DNA from: a virus | Lineage: Duplodnaviria; Heunggongvirae; Uroviricota; Caudoviricetes | DNA: 64,000 nt | Direction: 5' to 3' (one strand) | IMG/VR virus record: IMGVR_UViG_2609459822_000013 | Coordinates: 1 to 64,000 of that record | Shown: positions 9,394-16,915 of the stretch, one piece after another | Numbering within the stretch: the stretch's first letter is position 1 | Layout of the letters: each line of letters starts with the position of its first letter | Program-made: the position numbers and the translations under genes | Notes under the pieces: model-generated | Told to the model about the DNA's origin: nothing | What the model saw: only the letters and a program-made list of their open reading frames with translations | Databases searched by the model: none

Positions 9394-9431
9394 CGCTCAT
9401 TAACAATCTGGTCAGCCGCTGGAAGTGCGGC
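9394..9431 (+). promoter_or_regulatory. nutL-like site: boxA-like CGCTCATTAACAA plus boxB-like hairpin GCCGC-TGGAAGT-GCGGC
   Basis: boxA closely resembles the recalled boxA consensus; 5 bp stem hairpin 8 nt downstream; ~55 nt upstream of the N-like gene. Confidence 0.5.
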
Positions 9432-9487
9432 AATTAACGAAGATGATTTTTTATTAAGTATCATCAAGGATATACGGAGATCAGATT

Positions 9488-9778
9488 ATGAGCGTTACAA
9501 TTATATATGGTAAATGTGATAGCAAAATGAATGCCAGGGAACGCAGAAGGATAAAAAGAGAAAACGAAAGAAAATCATCACCTGCAATCAATAAAACAGA
9601 CAATGTGGATAAAGCTATTCGATTTGCAAACGAGGAAAGATGCAAACCGAATGGCATTAAAGAGCATCGCAAAGGTGCGGCAAAATGGTATGCGGAAAAC
9701 GAAAGCGGCAATTACTACCACGCAACACAACCGCGTAGTCTAGGGGAAAAACCCCTGGATAAAGTACGCTACAGATAA
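9488..9778 (+). CDS. N-type transcription antiterminator (P22 gp24-like)
   Basis: 96 aa; N-terminus MSVTIIYGKCDSKMNARERRRIKRENERK resembles recalled P22 gene 24 N-terminus and carries an arginine-rich motif; ACGGAG RBS. Confidence 0.65.
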   Translation: MSVTIIYGKCDSKMNARERRRIKRENERKSSPAINKTDNVDKAIRFANEERCKPNGIKEHRKGAAKWYAENESGNYYHATQPRSLGEKPLDKVRYR

Positions 9779-9927
9779 TACAAAATGTAAACTTTCAAAG
9801 GTGACATTATGGTTGTTCAGGCGCTTCAATTCAAACTGGCAGTAGCGGAAATGCTTCACGATGCCGAAATGTGGAGCGCCGCGAATAAAGCCTTATACAT
9901 AGTGTTAACAGCACGGGAGATTAAATA

Positions 9928-10569
9928 GTGAAAACAGAGTTACATAAAAAGCTATGGGCGATTCAGCAAACGCTGAACGCGCCGAAAAATCAGCGTAATA
10001 ATTTTGGTGGATATAATTACAGGTCGGCGGAGGATATTTTAGAGGCGGTTAAACCACTGCTTCAAAATATCACGCTGACTGTTAGTGATGAAATTGTCCT
10101 GATCGGCAATCGCTATTATGTGAAAGCAACGGCGACGCTAAGCGACGGTGAAGACGTAATAGCGGTAACTGCTTATGCCAGGGAGGAAGAAAGCAAGAAG
10201 GGTATGGACGCCAGCCAGCTAACAGGAGCAACATCAAGTTACGCGCGTAAATATGCTTTGAACGGTTTATTCTGTATAGATGATGCTCGCGATCCTGATA
10301 CTGATGCTTACGCGAAGCAGACAGGCCAGCAGCCGCGACAACAGAAAAACCCACCAAAACAACAACCGCAGCAGAAGAAAGCGCCGCCAAATCCTGATGA
10401 AGTGTTAGCACGTTTCTGTGATGCAGCAGCGAAAGCGCAGGACGCTAACAAGCTGCGTGAAATATTTGGCAAATGCTGGAAATTACTACCGGAAGGATCG
10501 GAGCATCGAATCAAGGCAAAAGATGTTTATGACATCCGGGTAGCAGAGCTTAACGGGGAGATGGGTTAA
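9928..10569 (+). CDS. erf: Erf-family single-strand annealing recombinase
   Basis: 213 aa; ERF signature GGYNYRSAEDILEAVKPLL; GTG start with GGGAGA RBS. Confidence 0.8.
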   Translation: MKTELHKKLWAIQQTLNAPKNQRNNFGGYNYRSAEDILEAVKPLLQNITLTVSDEIVLIGNRYYVKATATLSDGEDVIAVTAYAREEESKKGMDASQLTGATSSYARKYALNGLFCIDDARDPDTDAYAKQTGQQPRQQKNPPKQQPQQKKAPPNPDEVLARFCDAAAKAQDANKLREIFGKCWKLLPEGSEHRIKAKDVYDIRVAELNGEMG

Positions 10570-10988
10570 TGAGTTTAAATTCAATCACGCTGGGCGGGAA
10601 TATCGGTAATGATATGGAGGTTCGCTACACACAAAACGGGAAAGCGATTGGTAGTTTTCCGTTAGCTGTAACGAATGGCTACGGCGATAATAAGCGGACA
10701 ATGTGGGTCACTTGCCTTGTATTTGGTGAGCGTGCGGAAAAATTAGCGCCACATATCCGCAAGGGTGGAAAAATAGTGGTAAACGGTCGCTTGGATGTTC
10801 GGCAATATGACCGGAACGACGGCACGAAGGGAACGGCGGTAGAAGTGGCGGTTAACGAATTCGAATTTATGAACGTTAACCAACAGGGCCAGCAGCAAGG
10901 CCAGCAGCAGAAAGCGCCACCGCCGCAGCAGAATAACAACGGGAATAATCCGCCTCCGATGGACTTCGACGACGATATTCCTTTTTAG
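10569..10988 (+). CDS. ssb: single-stranded DNA-binding protein
   Basis: 139 aa; OB-fold SSB N-terminus, Q/G-rich linker, acidic C-terminal tail DFDDDIPF. Confidence 0.9.
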   Translation: MSLNSITLGGNIGNDMEVRYTQNGKAIGSFPLAVTNGYGDNKRTMWVTCLVFGERAEKLAPHIRKGGKIVVNGRLDVRQYDRNDGTKGTAVEVAVNEFEFMNVNQQGQQQGQQQKAPPPQQNNNGNNPPPMDFDDDIPF

Positions 10989-11064
10989 AATCAATGCGTT
11001 AGCTATGAGTGATTATCTAAAACCGCCACCGCAACCACGAACAAAAGAGCAAGTATTAAAAGAA

Positions 11065-11097
11065 GCCCGCGATCAAATCGATCGCGGGCTTTTTTTA
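11065..11097 (+). terminator. strong Rho-independent terminator downstream of ssb
   Basis: 10 bp perfect stem GCCCGCGATC/GATCGCGGGC followed by T7 run. Confidence 0.65.
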
Positions 11098-11295
11098 TGC
11101 GGCACGGCAGCGGATCGAATGGCGAAAAGATTTAGTGACCTGTACGCGAAGCAAATCTGGTTTGACAACTGGCGAGCGAGTTCTTACCCGCTACAGAAAA
11201 CTGATGATATGCAGTGGCCTGAATATGTTGATCCACGAATGCGCAAATATCGCGGGCGTATGGGCAAGGTTATTAACGATTAATGAGGTATTACC

Positions 11296-11547
11296 ATGAC
11301 AGCTACAACATTAAGCGAAAATAACGGGCGCGGTTTTCAGGGGACTGCGGAAACCTCAGACGATGGTGATGTATTTGTCGAATTCGGTGGCGGTAACTAT
11401 GAATTCGAAACGTCGGCGGGCTGGCACGATAAATGGCCTTTCCCGACGCGCAAGGAATTAAGCGATCGAAAAACATTTGGCGAAGATGCCGAACGCCTGG
11501 CGAATAATAAATGGATGGATAAATTTATTGCGGAGGCTGAAAAATGA
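11296..11547 (+). CDS. hypothetical protein
   Basis: 83 aa ORF with RBS. Confidence 0.45.
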   Translation: MTATTLSENNGRGFQGTAETSDDGDVFVEFGGGNYEFETSAGWHDKWPFPTRKELSDRKTFGEDAERLANNKWMDKFIAEAEK

Positions 11548-11657
11548 GTTTTGCAAAAATTGCAGCATTGGCTGCGGCGGTGGCGATCGCGGCGCTATAT
11601 CTTAGCTTATCGCTTTATATTACGGTGGCGATCATCAAGCTGATTACAACTATGTGA
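11544..11657 (+). CDS. small membrane peptide (37 aa)
   Basis: ATGA overlap with upstream stop; Ala/Ile-rich single TM helix (MSFAKIAALAAAVAIAALYLSLSLYITVAIIKLITTM). Confidence 0.35.
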   Translation: MSFAKIAALAAAVAIAALYLSLSLYITVAIIKLITTM

Positions 11658-11664
11658 GGCAATC

Positions 11665-11787
11665 ATGAGAGTCAGTAAGGATATTGTGACGGTCGCGTTT
11701 TGCGTTATTTGTTTCCTGTTTGCGGTTGTGCTTTGTGGCGCACTTGCGGCAGTGATTAGCTTTATTGGTAAGGGGGTGATGTTATGA
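11665..11787 (+). CDS. small membrane peptide (40 aa)
   Basis: MRVSKDIVTVAFCVICFLFAVVLCGALAAVISFIGKGVML; stop overlaps next start (ATGA). Confidence 0.35.
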   Translation: MRVSKDIVTVAFCVICFLFAVVLCGALAAVISFIGKGVML

Positions 11788-12056
11788 CTCTGTGGGATGC
11801 AAAAGAAGGTGATCTCGTTGTCTTGCCAGCATATCGTAGTGATCTCGGGCTGGTCGTACTGAATAAAACATGTAGCGACATTCAACGCCCGATCCTGGTT
11901 AGATACTTAGACGGCACGATGATCGAACCGCGTTTCTTCGACAAAGTTGAACTGAAGGCCCGCAATGTTCGCGTTAAGCCTTTCCGGGCTTATGTTGAAA
12001 ATCACTGGCGTAAATTGTTCGCCGGACTGAATGGGATGTTCGGCGTATGGCTATAA
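11784..12056 (+). CDS. hypothetical protein
   Basis: 90 aa ORF, coupled in operon. Confidence 0.45.
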   Translation: MTLWDAKEGDLVVLPAYRSDLGLVVLNKTCSDIQRPILVRYLDGTMIEPRFFDKVELKARNVRVKPFRAYVENHWRKLFAGLNGMFGVWL

Positions 12057-12238
12057 AATTAGTGAAGGTTAAACACCTGAAAGGCGGTGAAAGATTAATG
12101 TCATGGTGGGGACATGAATTTATTGCTACTGCCTTTCATTTCGGCCTAGGTGGTCAAGTAACAATATTTGATGAAGATTACGACGAGGTGGGGCAATGGC
12201 ATCTTGAGCAATATGTCGAGGTGTTAAATGAAAATTAA
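12047..12238 (+). CDS. hypothetical protein
   Basis: 63 aa ORF, overlapping start/stop. Confidence 0.4.
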   Translation: MAIKLVKVKHLKGGERLMSWWGHEFIATAFHFGLGGQVTIFDEDYDEVGQWHLEQYVEVLNEN

Positions 12239-12560
12239 ATTCCACAAAGCGTATGACGCTAACACAAACAAGCTATCACTATTTATCGAATTCGAACGCC
12301 GGATCGTGGTAGCGCCTTGGTCGCGGCGCTTTAATGACGCCGCCGGATGTAGACAATTCGCGGTCGATATGCTGTTACGCGGCTGCGGCCTTATGCGTCC
12401 GCTATCTGATTTAAAACGAATGATGCCGGGATCGTTCGGTCAGATTGATGAAATAGAAATAAGCCCGGAAGAACTGAAACGTGAGCGTGATTTATTCCTT
12501 TCAAGCGAAGGAAACCCGTTTAATTCAGAAACTGAAATGAAATGGCATCATCCACTATAA
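12228..12560 (+). CDS. hypothetical protein
   Basis: 110 aa ORF. Confidence 0.45.
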   Translation: MKIKFHKAYDANTNKLSLFIEFERRIVVAPWSRRFNDAAGCRQFAVDMLLRGCGLMRPLSDLKRMMPGSFGQIDEIEISPEELKRERDLFLSSEGNPFNSETEMKWHHPL

Positions 12561-12571
12561 GGGTAAATATT

Positions 12572-13192
12572 ATGAACAATATCAAAACGGCTTATTCACT
12601 CGGCAGCGAAGGCATGTTAATTACTCGCTACACAGAGGACGCGAGCTTTCACGAAGTGGTAACTAAGGATTATCACGAAGTTTTAAAAGATATGGAAGCA
12701 GGAGTGTATGACAGTGACTTAAATCTGGCGCTACAGATTGTTGATATTATGATGGATGCATCAATCCGCGATTACGTGTCTTTAAGCATGGAAGAAAAAA
12801 CATCGGTAGCGCGTTATGTGTTCTGCCTCACTTTCGTAAGACGCATGGAGGAGGAATTCGGACGCGCACCAGTGCCGGAAGATGTTGATCCGCTCGCGTT
12901 CGGAAGTGCTGTTATTTTCCCGTTGAACAAGGATCGGCTTGGCAGTGTTTCACTGCATTCTATGCGCGCCCTGATGAAAAAGGTCTTTGAGGTTAAGATG
13001 TTGCAGAAATTTATTGAGGAAGGACACGAAGAAGTGAACGTTAAGGCGTTTATTCCGGTGCTTTACGGAAATTTTGTTGGCGATGATATGCGCGCTAATG
13101 AATTAGGCGTACAGGCGGCTATAGCTACGCTTAACGAAGCAATGAAAAGTGCACAGCCTATTCATGAACAGGAAAAACGTGTACTGCATTAA
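12572..13192 (+). CDS. hypothetical protein (206 aa)
   Basis: start at ATG after TAAGGG RBS. Confidence 0.5.
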   Translation: MNNIKTAYSLGSEGMLITRYTEDASFHEVVTKDYHEVLKDMEAGVYDSDLNLALQIVDIMMDASIRDYVSLSMEEKTSVARYVFCLTFVRRMEEEFGRAPVPEDVDPLAFGSAVIFPLNKDRLGSVSLHSMRALMKKVFEVKMLQKFIEEGHEEVNVKAFIPVLYGNFVGDDMRANELGVQAAIATLNEAMKSAQPIHEQEKRVLH

Positions 13193-13291
13193 CAGCGTGA
13201 TTGCGATCACATAAATATACATTTTGTATTGTGATTGCATATCCGTTTTGTAAGCCGAAATCAAAAGGTTTACGGTGCGGAGGAAAACAAG

Positions 13292-13510
13292 ATGGCCCGC
13301 GAATTAATGCTTTATTGTGTTGAGGGTGGCGTAGGTAGTAATGCCTATGTCGCCGGGAAAGGCTATCCAGCCGATGAAGTGCTTTCTAATATGCACTTCC
13401 GGGAAAATGAAAGCCGGGTGTCTGTGTGGAAACGGTGCATTGATGGTATTGAGGTTGTAAGTATCGAACGGTATTTAGGCACGTTTGATTACGGTGTTAT
13501 TGAGGCTTAA
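13292..13510 (+). CDS. hypothetical protein (72 aa)
   Basis: GGAGGA RBS before ATG. Confidence 0.45.
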   Translation: MARELMLYCVEGGVGSNAYVAGKGYPADEVLSNMHFRENESRVSVWKRCIDGIEVVSIERYLGTFDYGVIEA

Positions 13511-13608
13511 TTATGGACGACACATTGTTTTATATGTGCTGTTGCTGGGGTTTTATTGCCTTATGTCTGTTTATCAGGTGGTTTATTGAATACCATATGA
13601 GGTGAGGC

Positions 13609-13803
13609 ATGGAACAGAAAACTGATTATAGAATACCTGATGGCCTAAAATTAGTTGGCATTGGTTTCGGGTGTAGATTTGTATCTGACGCAAAAGGAGC
13701 GATTTATTTAATACGTCTTATTGATGGCGTTCAACATATAAGGAGATTAGGAATTTACATCAAAGCATTCAGAAGAGGTTATTTAAAAACTCATGAAATT
13801 TAA
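13609..13803 (+). CDS. hypothetical protein
   Basis: 64 aa ORF in AT-rich stretch. Confidence 0.35.
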   Translation: MEQKTDYRIPDGLKLVGIGFGCRFVSDAKGAIYLIRLIDGVQHIRRLGIYIKAFRRGYLKTHEI

Positions 13804-13996
13804 ACATTACATGGAATGGAAAATTCCAGAAGCAGCAACAAAGGCAGCGCCAGGAAATGTTTCTGGCGTTTATTTTTATATGGATGGCAAATGGTATTTC
13901 GGCAGCAGGCCGGATCGCTACTATCAAGAAATATGCAAGCCTCACGTATGGGATATTAAAGAGCGCGTGAAAGGCGGGGTAATTGAGGACGTTTAA
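13793..13996 (+). CDS. hypothetical protein
   Basis: 67 aa ORF. Confidence 0.35.
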   Translation: MKFKHYMEWKIPEAATKAAPGNVSGVYFYMDGKWYFGSRPDRYYQEICKPHVWDIKERVKGGVIEDV

Positions 13997-14029
13997 AATG
14001 ATGCGTGCAATTATTGACTTCATTATTGG

Positions 14030-14224
14030 ATGGTTATTTTGTTCTTTTTCGTATTCTCATGTATAGCTACGGTTTTTATTGGAATTTTATGTGGTGTGTC
14101 GTTTGTTACATGGGAGCCACCAGAAATTCCATCACCTGATGATGCGCTTTATATATTAAGGGTTATTATTGCTGTTAGTGTATTTGTTGGGTTCTTTTTC
14201 GCTGATTCTACTGATGATTTATAA
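14030..14224 (+). CDS. small membrane protein (2 TM)
   Basis: 64 aa, two hydrophobic segments. Confidence 0.35.
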   Translation: MVILFFFVFSCIATVFIGILCGVSFVTWEPPEIPSPDDALYILRVIIAVSVFVGFFFADSTDDL

Positions 14225-14225
14225 A

Positions 14226-14459
14226 ATGGCTTTATTTAACCTGTCAGAGCCGCAATTTAACGCCGTAAAGACTGCCGCCCGCGCCGCGCTTTCGGCCTGC
14301 AAAGCGGAAGTAGAAAAGAACGGCTACAGCGATAAAGCCACGCGGCTGATATTAGATAAGCATTATCGCAAGGTCGCCCCGCTAATCAGTATTGAGCGTT
14401 TTGTGTGGTTGGTGGGGTATCTGAATAACCGCTGGGGAACAGATCAGGATTATTTCTAA
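14226..14459 (+). CDS. hypothetical protein (77 aa)
   Basis: ORF with internal ATG start after stop of upstream gene. Confidence 0.4.
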   Translation: MALFNLSEPQFNAVKTAARAALSACKAEVEKNGYSDKATRLILDKHYRKVAPLISIERFVWLVGYLNNRWGTDQDYF

Positions 14460-14468
14460 GGGGGCGTA

Positions 14469-15008
14469 ATGAAAAATGATTACGGCGGCAGCCATACGCC
14501 GAAAGAAATAAAGGACTTATGGCAAACGCCAAAACCCGTTTTTAGAGGAATGGATCGAGAATTCGAGTTCGTCGCGGATGTGGCGGCAAACAAGGCAAAC
14601 GCATTAATACCGCGATATATAACCGAAGAAATGGACACGCTCCATTATCCGTGGGGAGCGGTGGCGATGCCTGGTGAGTATGTCTGGATGAATCCGCCAT
14701 ATTCTAATCCGGGGCCATTCGTTGATAAAGCGGCGCTTGAACACAGCCGAAATCATATCGGATGCGTAATGTTATTGCCCGCTGACATTTCTGTTAGCTG
14801 GTTTATGAACGGCGTGGAGACGGCAAACGAATGCCGATTAATCACGCGCGGGCGGCTGGCGTTTATCAATGCTGCAACAGGGAAACCAGTAAGCGGGAAC
14901 AATAAGGGGAGCTTGTTCCTGATCTGGCATCCACGATGCAGACATGAATGTATTTTCACGCAGATAACACGTAAAGAGCTATATGCAAGAGGTGCAGAAA
15001 ATGAATAA
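14469..15008 (+). CDS. phage N6-adenine DNA methyltransferase
   Basis: 179 aa; catalytic NPPY motif (VWMNPPYSNPG). Confidence 0.7.
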   Translation: MKNDYGGSHTPKEIKDLWQTPKPVFRGMDREFEFVADVAANKANALIPRYITEEMDTLHYPWGAVAMPGEYVWMNPPYSNPGPFVDKAALEHSRNHIGCVMLLPADISVSWFMNGVETANECRLITRGRLAFINAATGKPVSGNNKGSLFLIWHPRCRHECIFTQITRKELYARGAENE

Positions 15009-15321
15009 AGCGGCTGAATTGCTGAGACTTGCGGCTGAAACTATCGAGGCAAGAGGGGAGCAAAACGGATACGATCGAAAAGAAGAAAAATCAGCGCCAA
15101 AAATAGCGGCTATTTTCAACGCTAAGATGAATGCGAATTTAACCCCACTTGATGTATGGGATCTAATGATTTGCCTCAAGGAAGCGCGTTTAGGGGCTAT
15201 TCTCGCTAATGGAACTGATCCGCTCGACACTCTTATAGACCTTATTGCTTATAACGCGCTTAAGGCCGAACAGATATTAGCGTATCGGGAGGAAGAGCTA
15301 AATGAAGATGGTGGCAATTGA
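15001..15321 (+). CDS. hypothetical protein (106 aa)
   Basis: overlaps methyltransferase stop. Confidence 0.45.
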   Translation: MNKAAELLRLAAETIEARGEQNGYDRKEEKSAPKIAAIFNAKMNANLTPLDVWDLMICLKEARLGAILANGTDPLDTLIDLIAYNALKAEQILAYREEELNEDGGN

Positions 15322-15805
15322 CAGGTTATTAGCCTGCGTTTATGTCGCCGTTTTCGTTATCATCAATCTTATTGTTAACCACTGTGGCACGTGGGTAATT
15401 CCGATCACCACGGTAGCCGCCGTGTGTGTCAATATGATGATTCGTGATTTTCTGTTATATGACGGCGGCCTTAAATGGTCGGCTACAACATGCGCCGCCG
15501 CTGGCGCAATCACGGTGCTGATAAATTACGACGCCGGAATGGTGGCGATCGCGTCATTCGTCGCGGTTGTTTCCGGTGCGCTTATTTCTGGCGGCGTTTA
15601 CCGGGTTTTACCTGGTGATTTCGATTCTAAACGCTGGCCTGCAAATATAGCGTCCGCCATTGGCGATGCGTTAATTTTCCCAACGCTATCGTTTATGGCA
15701 TTCATGCCGGAAATATCAGCTATGCAATTCATCTCAAAAATGGCGGCGGTAACGGTGATCACTATCATCATGCGCCGCTACTTTACGTTCGAGGGTAGGA
15801 AATGA
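15302..15805 (+). CDS. integral membrane protein (167 aa, ~5 TM)
   Basis: multiple hydrophobic helices. Confidence 0.5.
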   Translation: MKMVAIDRLLACVYVAVFVIINLIVNHCGTWVIPITTVAAVCVNMMIRDFLLYDGGLKWSATTCAAAGAITVLINYDAGMVAIASFVAVVSGALISGGVYRVLPGDFDSKRWPANIASAIGDALIFPTLSFMAFMPEISAMQFISKMAAVTVITIIMRRYFTFEGRK

Positions 15806-16565
15806 GTGGGCTTAGAAATTGGGTGGTGTGGTCGCTGTACGACGGCAGCGGATACGCCGTTAAAGATTGGGCCGACGCTGGTTATAAATGCTATTGCTTC
15901 AACTATGATGGCGCTAATCACGGCGATTATGAAGGCGTCAAAATCATTCATCCGAACATTGAGTATATCAACGTATGGATTGACAGCCATTTCCTGGTAA
16001 TGTTCTCCCCTGAATTGTCTGTTTATCCAGATCCTGACATTATCCTGGGCTTTCCTCCGTGCGACGATCTTGCGGTGTCCGGCGCTCGCTGGTTTGCTGA
16101 TAAGCGGAAAAAGATCCTTACTTCCAGCAGAAGGCGGCATACAACGCAAAACTGGTAGAAACGCTTGCTGATATGTACCACGTCCCGTGGATGGTGGAAA
16201 ATCCGGTAGGTGCGCTGTCAACGTTATGGCGCAAACCTGATTTTATCTTCAACCCGTGCGCTTACGGTGGCTACCTGCCTGAAGACGACAAACACCCTGC
16301 TTTCCCTGAATACATAGCTGCCCGCGACGCATACACGAAGAAAACTTGTATCTGGTGCGGGAATGGATTTAAGCAGCCGCTATTCCGGTCTGTACCTATG
16401 CCGGATGAATGGGAAGACAGCAAACAGCACGCGAAGTTAGGAGGAAAGTCGAAACGCACTAAGATGATCCGCTCACTAACGCCGCGCGGCTTTGCCCGTG
16501 CTGTATTCTTGGCTAACGACCGGGCCATCACTCGTACTACGCTTAACCGCATTTTACCGGACTAA
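15802..16565 (+). CDS. putative DNA C5-cytosine methyltransferase, frame interrupted (-1 shift required at 16107-16113)
   Basis: ORF 15802-16158 carries a motif IV-like GFPPCDDLAVSGA; ORF 16173-16565 (open from 16104 in the -1 frame) carries ENV-like MVENP and RSLTPRGFARAV; the two frames join across G_AAA_AAG. Confidence 0.45.
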
Positions 16566-16566
16566 A

Positions 16567-16582
16567 GTTTACAAAATGGCAT
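16567..16582 (+). repeat. dispersed motif copy GTTTACAAAATGGCAT
   Basis: 13-mer GTTTACAAAATGG identical to 3988/8254 copies. Confidence 0.6.
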
Positions 16583-16587
16583 CATTG

Positions 16588-16603
16588 TGTGATGCGGATC
16601 ACA
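16588..16603 (+). promoter_or_regulatory. CRP-consensus-like palindrome TGTGA-TGCGGA-TCACA
   Basis: perfect match to both CRP half-sites with 6 bp spacer; contains GATC. Confidence 0.4.
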
Positions 16604-16634
16604 TAATGGCGCTTTTTGTCTTGTTTGGGGGTAT

Positions 16635-16647
16635 CCATTTTGTATAC
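16635..16647 (-). repeat. dispersed motif copy (reverse) TATACAAAATGGA
   Basis: inverted partner of the 16567 copy, 55 bp away. Confidence 0.55.
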
Positions 16648-16724
16648 TTCAAGCAAACAAAATGCTCTTTAAAAATCCGGCAGCGCTGAAATGCGTAGAA
16701 ATCACCTGAAAAGGAGAGAGCATT

Positions 16725-16901
16725 ATGTCTTTTGATGATTACCAATGGCATGACGACTATGAACGAGAAAGCGTCATGCGTGCAATGTGCAATGTATGCA
16801 GCACGAAGAAAGGAGGCTGTAACGAGTGCAACGAATGCTTAGAACATTGGCTAAGGGCCGGACACGCCGAAAGGCTGAACGAAACAGAGAATCAAAAATA
16901 A
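16725..16901 (+). CDS. small zinc-ribbon protein (58 aa, CxxC...CxxC)
   Basis: AAGGAGAG RBS; four Cys in two CxxC pairs. Confidence 0.45.
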   Translation: MSFDDYQWHDDYERESVMRAMCNVCSTKKGGCNECNECLEHWLRAGHAERLNETENQK

Positions 16902-16915
16902 TCGGGGTGGTTTTT

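Noticed and set aside
10860-10960. Gln/Gly-rich repeat near the SSB C-terminus (QQGQQQGQQQ...)
   Set aside because: Normal flexible linker preceding the acidic SSB tail, not a separate repeat element.
10082-10994. Reverse-strand ORFs overlapping erf and ssb (10082-10411, 10308-10514, 10679-10939, 10743-10994)
   Set aside because: Antisense to two confidently identified genes; Cys/Gly or Arg/Leu-rich low-complexity products.
13512-13589. Candidate 25 aa Cys-rich mini-ORF (MDDTLFYMCCCWGFIAFMSVYQVVY)
   Set aside because: No convincing RBS and the product is not a clean transmembrane helix; too weak to call as a feature.
16826-16915. N-terminal 30-codon extension of the ninG ORF in the ORF track
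   Set aside because: Would overlap the upstream zinc-ribbon gene; the internal ATG at 16916 gives a protein of NinG-like size. The longer start is probably spurious.
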